Assembly: GCA_050230475.1 (NCBI GenBank)
Contig: JBFLGF010000164.1
Span: forward strand, 1-57,185
From: Ancylonema sp.
Taxonomy: Eukaryota
Length of the DNA: 57,185 nt
Reading direction: 5' to 3'
Shown piece by piece: positions 26,955 through 39,403 of the stretch; the first letter of the stretch is position 1; every line of letters begins with the position of its first letter. Position numbers and translations under genes: made by a program. The notes below the pieces were generated by a model. The model was not told where the DNA came from. It ran no database searches and saw only the letters and a program-made list of their open reading frames with translations.

Positions 26955-29418
26955 CTTCATACGACAACAATCACACTCAATCAACATTCAAGAAATACAT
27001 ATACCACTTTTATCATTGTAAATAGCGGATATGTCCTACCTATACACTGTATGTCCTCGAATCAATGTTCATTATCCATATACTTTTTTTCTCCCTTTTA
27101 TTTTTGAAAGTTGGGCTCCGAGCCGGGCTCCGGGTTAGCTCCGCGCCCGGATCTTAGGCTCCGGGCTCGGATCTTGGCTGCGGGCTCCGACATGGACTCC
27201 GAGCAGCGATCTTGGGCTCGGCTATGGCGGAGCCCGGAGCCCAAAGGGTTTCGTTGGGCTCCCCGCACACTACGACTAGAACGAGTGCGGGCCACGTGCG
27301 CGTGTGACGTCAAAATCTACGGTAAGTATGTACGAATGACCCATATGCGGTTGGATATGGGAAAATCATTTGAATTTGATTGATGGGAAAACAATTTTCA
27401 TTTTATTTTTAATTCCCAAACAAGGAAATCTTGTATATTTTTTATTCCTACAAATCCGGAATCATTCCCAAAAATAATTGATAATAACTAACGGATTCGT
27501 GGAATCATACCATGTATCATCAATAGTAATTAACGGAAACCCGGGATCATTTAAAAAAATCATTACGAAAATAATTAATTTTGAAAAAGCATAAATCAAG
27601 GGTGCCCAATACGGTATATATAAAATACGTTCAATATGAAACTTCATTGTATCCAGGAGTCATCTACAGGTACACACGTGTCATATTAGAGCTCATGAAT
27701 GTGACACAAAGACACGAGGTAATTTCGAGGTACTCTCGCTGGTCCGTAGGTCTACCTATGAGTCGTCATAGTAAGTCCTAGATGTTCTTGGCACCACCAT
27801 ATTTATTTTGTGAATGCCTCTATCGGGAACAAACGTGTTGATAACTGTTCGAAAAAGCTAGTCGGCAGCATGCAAATGTGGCCAAAGAAAAATGCGCCTC
27901 TGAGAGTCGTATTGGCGATCACATTCCGTTATTTTAATGAAATACGTCGATTATTGCGGTTCACTAACTTGCAGACAAATCCTTTCATAAAATGCAAAAC
28001 AATATCGGTAAAGATTGATAATATCGGAAGGTTTTTTTTTATTTCTTTTTTTTGGGGATGATATGGGTGGATAAACCCGTTAATGCTACCGGTGATCAAA
28101 CAAACTAGAATGACATTGTAATGATGTTTTGAGATGTCGGGAAACAATGCCCTCTCTTTTTTTGGGCAGTACTGTATCTATTGATGCTAGAGGTTATCAT
28201 GTGAGCGTTTTCACCTGCTCGAAATTTTACCGGCGTCTAAAACTTACGTAGAATAGTCCCATTTTGAGCCAGCTGAGTATACGCATATATTGTGGGTGCG
28301 TTATATAAATATATAGTGCATTTCTTTGTTTAACACTTAAAACCACATCACAACGGCTTTGCTTGAAGGACTTTGACAGGGCCGATTTTCCTCTTCTAAA
28401 ACTGATGGGGGCGTTGATGAAGGGGAATGTTGAATTTGGAAATTTGGTTTGCGGTTGTCGCAAACAAATGATAATTTCAAAAGTTTTATACCCATTACGT
28501 CCTAATGAAAAATTTGGGGAATTCCATGCATTACCATACAAAAGAGAATTAGTATTAGCCTCCAAAATTTAAGGCGATCGTAAATGTCGCGGCTCTTTAC
28601 TGATTACCGAGTTTCTACTTTAATCACCAGTATTGCTTTATAAGTTTCGTTACATAGGCATGATTTAATTTCAAAAATTCGAGTCATCGGACTTTCAAAT
28701 TTGATATGACGATAATGAGGCGGAAACCTATTAAATCGGCATTAAAAAAAAAAAAAACATAATGATGTAGCAAGTTTTTTAATAAACGAATGAAGACAAG
28801 TAGTCATAACTTGCAATTTCTGCATTTAAAACATTGAATGTCAGGATTTTTCACGTTTACTTTCAATTTCATATGTTGTAGCGATAACATGTAACAGAAA
28901 AATAAAAAGAGACACCGATCCACAAACTACTACCTTCCAACCCCACTTCGGTAGCGAATACCCATTCTGAAAGACACATTAATTTAAATGTACAATTGCG
29001 TGACGAAGCCATTGCAACATGAATACATCCGTAAATATTATTCTTAGTAAGCATAATAAATTTTGCGCAAGAGTATGAACGATACATGACAAATCAATAC
29101 AAACATTTTATATTAGTGTGGGGAACCAAATTTCCACAACGTTCATACATATGTCATTGTCATCATAAAGAGATGGATATAGAAACAGGTATCATTTAGT
29201 TTATTCAATGAAAATCTCAAGAAAAGTACATATGTGAAGTTTTCCAACTCAAGGACCTAACAAACATCACACACCAAATTTGCAACCCAATAGTCCTTCT
29301 TCCCTACGCCGTAATATTCAAGTCCAATTATTCCATTGTACAAACCACAAAATAACGATTCTACAAAAAAGAACGACCAAGTTTTTCGAGTGAGTACAAA
29401 AAGTAATGCACATCCTCA

Positions 29419-29995
29419 TCACTGCCCAGGAATATCCGAGACTTCATTCGGGTCAACATACTGGTCATCCATCGGTCTTCCTTTCAGAATATCCTCCTTC
29501 AGAGCTCCATCTGGATGACTCGCAAACATGGAGCCATCCTTCGCAGATTCCGCTCTAACTTGACCACCTGAATCAATCAGAAGGGAAAAAAGAAGAAGTG
29601 GATCAATGTATTTTCATTTGACCTTCTGTCATAATGGGTGGTGTCGACATAATCGATTTATTAAATCAATTAAGATGGTAAAATTGGAAAGTAATAATAT
29701 TCATATTCACCCTATAGAGTTTTAGAAGTCTATACAAATATTACACACTCCGAAATTCTATTCGTTCTCGACCGATACTCCATTTTTATAATAGACCTGA
29801 TTCAAAAAGTACCGAGTGTCGACACTGATCAGTAATACATTTTCGTCCCATTTCTGCGTATCCATCATGCCCCAGCTGAGCCTTCCGAGTCTCCACACCC
29901 TTCCTCCCACCCTCCTGCTGCTTCTGGTTGAACTCCACAGCTTTCTCGTAATTCTCGCCCAGCTGTGGGCCCGTGTGAATCGGATGGAGCGACAT
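29419..29995 (-). CDS. Group 1 LEA / Em-like small hydrophilic stress protein (LEA_5 family), 2 coding exons, about 101 aa
   Basis: Exon 29995-29839 encodes ...QQEGGRKGVETRKAQLGHDGYAEMGRK, matching the Em 20-mer GGETRKEQLGHEGYQEMGRK. A GT-AG intron (29838-29568) joins in frame to GQVRAESAKDG...VSDIPGQ-TGA. An acceptor-like site just upstream of the ATG suggests a 5' UTR intron. Confidence 0.8.
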
Positions 29996-30704
29996 GTGGA
30001 ACCTGTCAACCACGTTCAGGTTCTATATTGATTTCTGATGCTTTAGAAACTGAAAATCTACATATTGATACTTTAGACAATGATACTTGTATATCCTGTA
30101 AATAATAAATGAATCAACGCTTCGCGTGGTCCCCAATATCACTGTTCTGTTTTACTCATACTAACGATGTTTAGATGTTACGAAGCAGCATTTGGATGGG
30201 AAAAGATACAATCCCTGTACATGAATTAAAATCACACATGTGCATTCAGCATGAAAATTGCATCACAGAATCGGAGAAAGCCTAGTCCCTCATCAAAATA
30301 TGTCCTCCTTTAGAACCAGGACTAAATCGAAATTCAATTTTCGTACCTGAATGCCTGCGCGAACTCTGCTTTGTAGCCTGTCGTCTGAAGCTTTGGAATA
30401 CACAGTGCGTCTCGGACCCGGAAAGATGAATGTGTGTAATTACTTTGCATACGCCAAAGTAGTAACGCCAGTGCCTTAAAACGAACATAAATACTGCAGA
30501 CAGTGTCTAAAGTTACCGCTCTGATTGGTGGCCGGCATCTGGTGCTGCAACCAGTGAATTGTCTGTCGGCAATTTCGGAATAGAGTAACAAGTGGAATCC
30601 GAAAGCGCCGACAGCTAGCCGCTGCATCAGGATGCCTTCCGCGCCCGACAGTGATAGCGGTCGCTTACATCACTCCGCTAGGCCGCCATGGCGACAGATT
30701 TCGG

Positions 30705-30933
30705 CATGCATGTGTGTGCATCTGAGGGCTGTGACTGTAAATCCACGTGGAATTGTTCCGAGGCGCGCATGAAGCTGAGAGGTGTCAAGTAACAGTAACC
30801 GGTTGGAGAGAAACCGTCATCAACAAACGGAAAATATAAACGGATTTTCTCAGTTGTTGTTAAATCTCTGGGAGCCACTCATAATAAATAAACGGCGCAC
30901 GTGCGAGCATCAATTCAAGATTCCCCGCCACGT
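30705..30933 (-). promoter_or_regulatory. RY element plus G-box/ABRE cluster upstream of the LEA gene
   Basis: CATGCATG (30705-30712), CCACGTGG (30743-30750), CACGTG (30898-30903), and ACGTGGC on the minus strand (30933-30927). Confidence 0.5.
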
Positions 30934-32929
30934 CCACTTTTTTTCCAACAATAATGCTGGGCAGTGAAACCCGAAAGGGTCACGGTTAGACCGGGTCCCC
31001 GATCTCGGACCCGGACGGACCACGGTGATAAAATAAATTGGCGCCGGTCCACGCATTCATGCTACAAAAGAATTCAAATAAAAATCAAAACCACCGATGG
31101 AGTTTGTAAGACGGCAAATCAATATCATTCGGAAGTAACATATTAAGAAACGTAGTCCTGTTCGGAGTTCTTTAAGAAGTTTGGTAAGTAGAGCGGAGTT
31201 GGATGCAAACATGTCTCAGTGTTCAATATCGAAATTCGCTTTCCCGTACGTGTCTCGGGGATCTTTGTATTCTGAACGATAGGCGACCTTAGCACGTGCC
31301 GATCCCTCGTATTTTGTACCTTTGAGAGTCATTGCTTCGCTTTATGGAACACTGAATACCTAAGTCAAGAACATCGATCTCACCATGCTTATCACATAAA
31401 TAGCATGTACGCACATTCCAAATTATCGGAAAATAAATAAATATTGGACCACAAATTGCCATAATGTAGGTATGAGTTTGAGTCACTCAATTTCATTTTT
31501 GTTGTTTCCTCACAATTGCGATTTATGCCATCGGAATCTCCCTCAATTGTAATCAATTAAGGTTTTTCTTTGGTGCTAGTTGTAGAATTGTCAATTTTGT
31601 ACTATCGTCGGTTGAATGATCCATAGTTGCACCCAAACGGGAAAAAATGCCGCAAACGCCGTTTGTCAAAATGCAGGCGTTTACAAACCGTCCAAACGGT
31701 CAAATATTTTGGAACATATATTTTTACCACATCTATCGGAAATCTATCGAAAAAATCATGACGAAAACAAACGAACAATATAACAAGTATATATTTAGAT
31801 CAATAAATGAATATATGATAGGTTGAGGAATCGATCCATAACCGCTAATACCAACTAACTTTCCATTGCAACTCATGCGGTGTAATCATGCATGGGAATA
31901 ATGACCACAACGATTCCTGCATGCGATTTTATTCGAACTCAAAATATGCCAGTATTTATAGGACAACAACTACCAAGTAGTACACCAAGAGGAACACATG
32001 ATTTGATTCAAATAACGACGATAATATTTTAGAGATATCGACATGGTTCATGACGACAGGTCGTCGTTATTATGTTGGTCAATTTTTATATACATTCTTT
32101 TTTTTAGGTAGAAAGGATCATCTAAACGACATTTTTTCTAATATTCACTCGCTACATTGACATCGCAATAGTAAAATCTGGGATTTTGGGTCACTACAAC
32201 GTGTGTCACTGCACTGTTTATCACTTAACATAGTGGGAATTTATTTAGGATTAAAAAAAGGGCAATAAAAAATGTCACTATGTCAAGATTGTCAGTCCAG
32301 AAAATGTCACTACCGTATACACAAAGTTCAATGCACCACGGTCATTCAGGGTTTCTTCAGGTTTTTAACCCGGGATTTGGGAGGCGGGTCAATTCAGGGT
32401 TCCTTCGTTATGGGTTACCCGTAAGGGTATACCGCCACTCAGCGATCAATAACCCGTCTCCGGGAATAGATTTCATGCAGCCACTGCGTCAAGATGCCAT
32501 TTACCCCCCGATGACAAATATGACACGTGCGATAATCTGGTTCACGGACGAAACGAGGACCTCTCGAGGTGCCGTACATGAAGATTCTAATGTACGGACC
32601 GTGTCTGGGTGTTATTAAGAAACAGTACTGGGTGCGCTGGGCAGTGCCTATTACTTTCGCGATATCCTACACTCGGGCTGCTAACAGCGATGCTTGTGTT
32701 TGTGCGGTCGATGGTGAAGTAAGGGGAGTTGCGCTTGTGCATCAGAGGAAGGGAAATGAGTACTTGCTGTCAGAAATGTAATATTTCGTCTGATGCTTTA
32801 TTCATCAAAGACACTCAGTTTAAAAGTATCTAATAGTTGCTGAACTGATGCCTGAATTTTAGAGCTTTACGTACATGAACATTGAGTAGACTCTGCAGGC
32901 TTCTTTTTGTGGAGCCTTATCGCACAGAA

Positions 32930-35900
32930 ATGGGTGACGCATGGTCTTATCTGCTGTCTTGGTTCTCGCTTCCCTCGTTACATTTAAATCCGACATGGAT
33001 GGTATCCGTTGTAGTCATTCTGGTCTCCCTGATGGTCTACGACTTTCTAACCGCTTCGTTGAGGACAAGTTTCCCTGGTGTGCGCGGTCCCAGGCAAGAA
33101 AAGACATCCATAACTTTTGACCTGGCTATGAAATGTACTTTAACGGAGGTCATTTTCGGTACGGAACATTTGGTGCTCAGAACCGAAATCCTGTATCGAT
33201 GGAACTCTATCGAAAGACAGTCGTATGATGTGTGTCAAAAAAATATTCATTAATATTTTGTGACATGATAGGACGCCTGATGTCACAAATGAACTGCGGA
33301 AGAATGCATGTTATTTGTGTCGGATGAGTGTAATTTCACGATGATCAATTGCATACCGAATATAAGTGAGATGTTGCCCGACAAGGTGTTCTGGAAATCA
33401 TTTGTGCCTCACATATATAATTTGCAATGTGACATGTATGTAACAAAGCTGCTCTCCATCATGACACCATTTTTCCATTGTTTTTTTTTTTCGGGATCTG
33501 ATGATTTCCAAACCAATCTTTTGCAGACGCGAGTTCTTATCTGGGAATCTGAAGGAGTTGATACGGCGGGGCTCAATTCACTGTCACAAAGAGTGGATGG
33601 AGAAGTACGGAAAGGCTTTCACATATTCCCTCGCAAGGCGGGTAAGTCTCTTCAGCGGTTACTCCAGATGGAACCCCGGTCCAGATTTAACCCCGGTCCA
33701 GATTGCGGTTCAGTTTCCAATCCGAACGTAGCGTCCTGCTCTCCTCTCCTCTTGTTTAGAAATTACATTCGATTCGTCGAAGACTTCCGTGTCGTATAGA
33801 TATCATACTTTTTGGGGTTTTTGGGACTATTCTCACTTCCATCTTCTACCCCGCTTGCTTCCAGGAGTATTTGTGCGTCACGGACCCCGACCTCGTGCGG
33901 GAGTTGATCGTCACCAATTTCAAGAACTTCCAAGACCGCCCGTTGCCACCTGTCCGCCAACGAGAGAACCTCAAGGCGCTCATCTTCTCCCAGTAATATA
34001 ACCGACCCCACTCGTTATAACCGACCCCACTCGTTATAACTTATCCCACTCGCGAATGTGGTCGTCAATGCGTTCTTTATAGAAAGCCCCCCTCCCTTAC
34101 CATTTGAGCAATTCTATATTTTCCCACTCATAACCAGACTTGACTCTACAACGATGTTACGTTTTACACGTGTGCTTCATGTCTAACGGATCTATTTTTT
34201 TTGTCAAAATTATTTTCAGGGGCTCTTATTGGGCGACAGCAAGGGGTGCGGTTATGCCAGTGTTTCATACCGAGAAGCTTGTACACTACGCGGGGATCAT
34301 GAACTGTTGCTCCCGGTCCCTTATCGAGAAGCTTTCGGCGGCGGCAGATGAAAAGAAGTCTCTCAATATCGCACCACTCATCCAAGTAGGGTCGTGGTTT
34401 CTGGACCCTTTATTTTCGTGAATGGGGGGGTGGTAGGGTTCTCGATCGCCGACATAATGATGTGACATACTCATACTTTCGTTCCTCATCCTTGCGCGGA
34501 TTTTTTTTCCAAGTTCTCATGAATAAAATAAATATATTGGAAAGGACCGCGTCGACATTTAGGCGTTTGACGGTACACCGTCGCCACTAATTCATCAAGT
34601 ACCTTGCGTGGCATATCTTCAGGACATGGAAATCGATGTTCTTGGAGAGGCGGCATTTGGGATTGAGTTCAATGTCCAGCAAGGAAAGCAGGTAAGTGTC
34701 TCGGGACTCCATAATTGGCGTATGGCGTATGGCGTATGGCGTTTGGTGTATGGCAAATTTGGCGACATAACGACAACGACGGATGCATAAAATGCTATTG
34801 CACGTGATATTCGCTTATGTGATCTTTGACACACGTGTCATCATCACATCCAGCATGGCGAAGAATCAATGGCCCATCCATATAGATACATCACTAGTAT
34901 TCCTTATTCTCACCCGAATCCAAAACTTGGAAAACCTTGCAATTCATTTTTCGATTTCAATTTTGATTTTGAGTTTTATTTTTTATTTTTCTTTTGTTAT
35001 CATCGATGACAAAATTGAACAAATTTCCGGTACGCAGAGTGCGCTAGCTCGAGTTCTCACTGAAAAAGCGCGAGGGAGCAGCAAGTTCAGAGCGAGCGTC
35101 CTCATCTCCCTCTATTGCGGCAGGACGCTCGGGTCTCTCGCAGAATCAATTTGCCGCAATCTCCCGTGGAGTGAAGACGCGGCGGTTGCGAACAAGATGC
35201 GGTTCCTGATGAATGCCACTAGTATTCTCGCTCATGCCAGGAGGGTTTCGCCGAAAGGGAAACAATTGAACGACTTGCTTACTCAACTGTCGAGGTAAAG
35301 TCCCCATTCCCGAGATAAGTGGCGGCTTGTCGTTGTGAAGGTTTCGGTACCATCACTTCATGGTTGTTTCATCCTCAGCAATGTGTATCGATTTTATTGG
35401 AGAACACGTGGATCAAATTCACCAGTCCGAGTATCGTAGCGTACTAACAACAAACGCATAGTGCCTCCGTGCACGTGTGATAACGATGGCATGTATGACA
35501 GAGTGGCATCATATCATCTACCAAACATAGAATGGATATGCCGATTACCTTGACCCAACCAAATTTCTCATCCTAGTCCATTTTCACGTGTTAGAGCTCG
35601 CACCAAAGACGAGAATCAACGAACGCTGGCGGACGATGAGGTGGCAGCCGTGTGTAGTGAGTTCATCGCGGAATCCGACAACGTGGCGAGCACGACCGCT
35701 TTTGCGATGTACTTGGTTTGCGCACACCCACACGTGCGAGAGAAAATGGTGGCGGAAATCGACGACTTTTTTGCCAACCTCGACGAAAAATAAGATAACG
35801 TTGACGATAAGCCGACGTTCGAAGACCTTGACCGGTTTCCCTACGTAGATCAGGTGATAGCTACCCGCAATCTTGTCATATCTGGTAAATTGTTAACACG

Positions 35901-36831
35901 TCAACTATTCTATGCAACTTGAATCTCACTGTGTCGACGGTGATTTTCGGAAAAACAAAGTTTGCATTCTCAAATCCATGAAAGAAGTCGTATACAAAGG
36001 GAGAGCCGTGCCATTTATCGTTATTGTATGCTTCTTGTATGTTGTATGTAGCCCGGTACAATATTTTGAATGCACGCACGAAAGTGCCTTTGTCTCCCCT
36101 TGTAATCGCAGGTGGTGAACGAGACCCTTCGCCTCTATCCCGTGGCCGCCACACTGAGCCGCCAAGCCAAGGAGCGGACCACGCTCGGAGATTTGACGAT
36201 TCCGAAGGGGAAGACTGTGACGGTTGCTATCTACGCGATGCACCACAACTCGGAGCTTTTCCCGGACTGTGGTAAACATTTTCCGCAAGCCACACCATGT
36301 CGTTACTTCTCACTTATTGAGACCACACTTTCTAACCACCAAAAAACATAACCCATTGATTGCCCCTTGCTCCTTCCATTACTATATAGAGGCGATCAAT
36401 ACGAACGTGTCCGTACTTTGTGTGATAATATTCAACTTTTAAATAGGCTGTTTGGGTCCTACTTTTTTAACCAAAAGTGGTAACCGTACGCGCCATACCC
36501 GTCCTCACACCCCATTCTTATTTGTGGGCCCCACTTGATTGCGACAGAGTCCTTCCGACCCGAGCGTTTCGATCCCGAGTCCAAAGAGGCTCAAAACCGC
36601 CACCCGTACGCCTACATTCCCTTCGGCGGCGGACCTCGAATGTGCATCGGAAACAAGTTCGCAAGAGGAGAGACGCGACTCACGCTCATCAAGCTCTTCA
36701 GGAAGTTCCGATTTGAGTTGGACGAAAGTCGCAGTCCAAAGGACCCTAAGGATTTAAAAGTCGAGACCGGGATTGTCCTACGTGCCAAGAATGGAGTTTG
36801 GGTAAATGTTTCATTGCGTAAGAAAAACTAA
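32930..36831 (+). pseudogene. Cytochrome P450, CYP711 clan (MAX1-like), copy A; 9 exons with an in-frame TAA at 35791-35793
   Basis: Exons 32930-33093 (GC donor), 33527-33641, 33865-33992, 34220-34385, 34623-34691, 35038-35294, 35595-35853, 36112-36271 and 36548-36831 join in frame (534 codons). ETLR, PERF and heme motif FGGGPRMCIG are present. The I-helix reads EFIAESDNVAST. One internal stop. Confidence 0.88.
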
Positions 36832-39403
36832 TGGAGTCGGAATCGATGTGTCTTTTGATACTTGATTCTGGTTGAACTTTTGGTTTGCAAAACGATTTTT
36901 GTGATAATCTTCGTTGGACTTCTTAAAACATGATTCGACAACAGGTCTCGATGGTCACCGTTGACCTTTAAGAATCTCGTCGACGTAGAAAATAGGATAC
37001 TATGGACTTCATGTTGACGGGTATACAATTTGGTGAAAGTTGCTTCGATGTTTGTGAGTTGTCGATGCGACAATTTTAATATTGTTCGCATGTTCTGATT
37101 CGGTTTACAATTTTGGTGCTGGAAGCCACATCGTTCATATCATCCAAAAATTTGAGCCTCGAATTTGGGAAATGGGTTGCTAAGTTGATGTTCAACAATA
37201 ATCATGACAATATTCACCCATTGCGTTAGTAGTACGTATCGAGAATGTACGTCATGCGTCGTCGCCTTTGTATAGTGCACGCCTTCCTCGGCCTCCATGT
37301 ACGCCATAATTATTGGTTTGACGTGTCCCTAAACGGATTTGTTTTCCACAACTTTTGAATATTTACAAAAAAAATACACCCCGCAAAAAAACCCCGAGAA
37401 AAGAAAAAATACTACGAAAACAACGGAATTACCGAACTCGGCTAGCATGACAATAAATATTGAAACCCCTAGTCCGTGGACTTATCCCCTAAAAATGACT
37501 ACATGCCTCATCATGACTACATGCCTCATGTTTGGGTTTAGTTCCCTCACATTTACGGCAAGTTGGAGTAAATCGGAAAACACTTCGACATCGTTGTTTG
37601 TTTTTTTTAAGACGACAAGCTAAAGTATCCGTTTTTTTCTTATAGTACGACAATGTGACTTACGAGCCCGCTTTCGATCTGCAACAAATAGAGACGGTAC
37701 TTTGAGGCATACATGTAGCAAGCGCAAGATATGAAGTTGGGAAATACGAATAATTTACAATAAATAGATGGGATGTTTACAACAATACAATGTTCACAAC
37801 TCATGAATGTTATTCGTGTTAAACCTCTAGAATATTTATAATATTGTGATGATCTTTTTAACTATCATCATCTCATAAGGTTGTTTTCTCTTGCATGAGC
37901 ACGGACTAGTTTATCATAAACAATAGTGAGAGTTGTTGATGGTCTAAGCACAAGGACATACAATTACGCTGATAGCTAAAACTTAATCAAATATTTGATT
38001 TTTGGACCAAGTAAGGGTTGGTATGGCTGCATGTATCCAGCACCTCCTTCGCTACACGAAAGCGCAACACGAACCTTTTGGAGTTGTGCAGGGCTTCACG
38101 ATGGGGGACCTAATCCGGCCGCCCATACCACACTCAATGTTGATACCAACTCGATCCCTTGTACACATTCCGGAGGAAAAAACCTCATTGTTTAAACAAA
38201 GGTATGTATCGTCTTCGCGATGTGGAAGTTTGTTTCTTGACGGGATTCCGTTGAACGTCTATGCGCAACGGATTTGGCTCAAACTTTTGTTTGTACGCGT
38301 TCTAGGTGATAAAAGGAACGATTTGAAAGTTTTTCTAGAAGAATGGTGGTGGTGCCATAAGAATTCGAAGGATTTCCACTAAGAACCATTGAACCAATGA
38401 ATGTCTGGTAGGCACCGCCCCGAGCATAACTCGTTCCGCCCGGAAGAAGAGCGAAGCCGGCGAATTTGCGGGGCGCTGCAATCTGTACATCCTGGAAACC
38501 ATCACCGTCACCCTGTACATCCTAGAAACTTTCCGTACAGGATTCCTCCGATTTCGGTCCACGTGTCACCGCCATCCTACAAAGTGGAGAGCACTTCATA
38601 CTTCATACTTCACGTGAGGAAAACTCGGCGCGGAGATCAGAATTTTCCGATGTCACACTTGCTGTTCGACGTTCCCGATACTGGGAAACTGTGGAGCTAC
38701 TTTCCTGCCCGCCATATGGCTGACAATGGCTACAACGATCACTGGCAAGAGCTCGACAAGTCCTTGCTGGCCGCGAGTGGTGCCTCCCCAAGCAACATTC
38801 GTCATTCCAGGCCTTGCGAAAATGTGGTGAATGTTGTGAAATGTGTAAGCAGGGGATTTTGAATAACGATACCGCTTTCCATCGGGATACATTATGCGTA
38901 GCTGAATTTATCGGTATCTCGTCTCTGGTTCCACCGTACGCAACTGCAGGCGCTACCGAGATCTGTATCCTTTCTGCCATGAAGTGTTTGGATATGTTGA
39001 TGTTGCTGGTGCGAGTCTAATAGGAGTAGCCTGAGAGGAGCTTCTCCCACTCCGTCCACCCTGGTAGAAGAAACATAAAAAAACTCTTCAGCATCTCCGA
39101 CTTCAACACGTGTCAGCCTCGAAGGTGTATACATGCAAATTACTCTGCATTTGCGTGCGCAACTGAACAGTGCATCTGTGTGTGAAGAGGCGACATGATG
39201 ATTCTTCTTTGAATGCACATTTTTCTTCTGAAATGCCTTTCCCTGTTCCAAACACGTGGAAAAAGGTAGCAAGTTGAGTCGCTCATGACTATGCTGACGT
39301 ACCGTACCGTACCGTTGTTTGCTTCTGACCGTACCCCTTCCGTACAGTTCTGCCCACTCTTTCTCCGAAGGGGATTCACGTTTCTCGAGACGTCCAATCA
39401 GCC

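Larger units (their letters stand above)
23606..27272. mobile_element. Non-autonomous hAT element, host of three nested insertions
   Basis: TIRs TAGTGTGTGGGGAGCCC / GGGCTCCCCGCACACTA. Perfect 8-bp TSD CGACTAGA at 23598-23605 and 27273-27280. GAGCCC/GGGCTC subterminal arrays at both ends. Confidence 0.92.
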
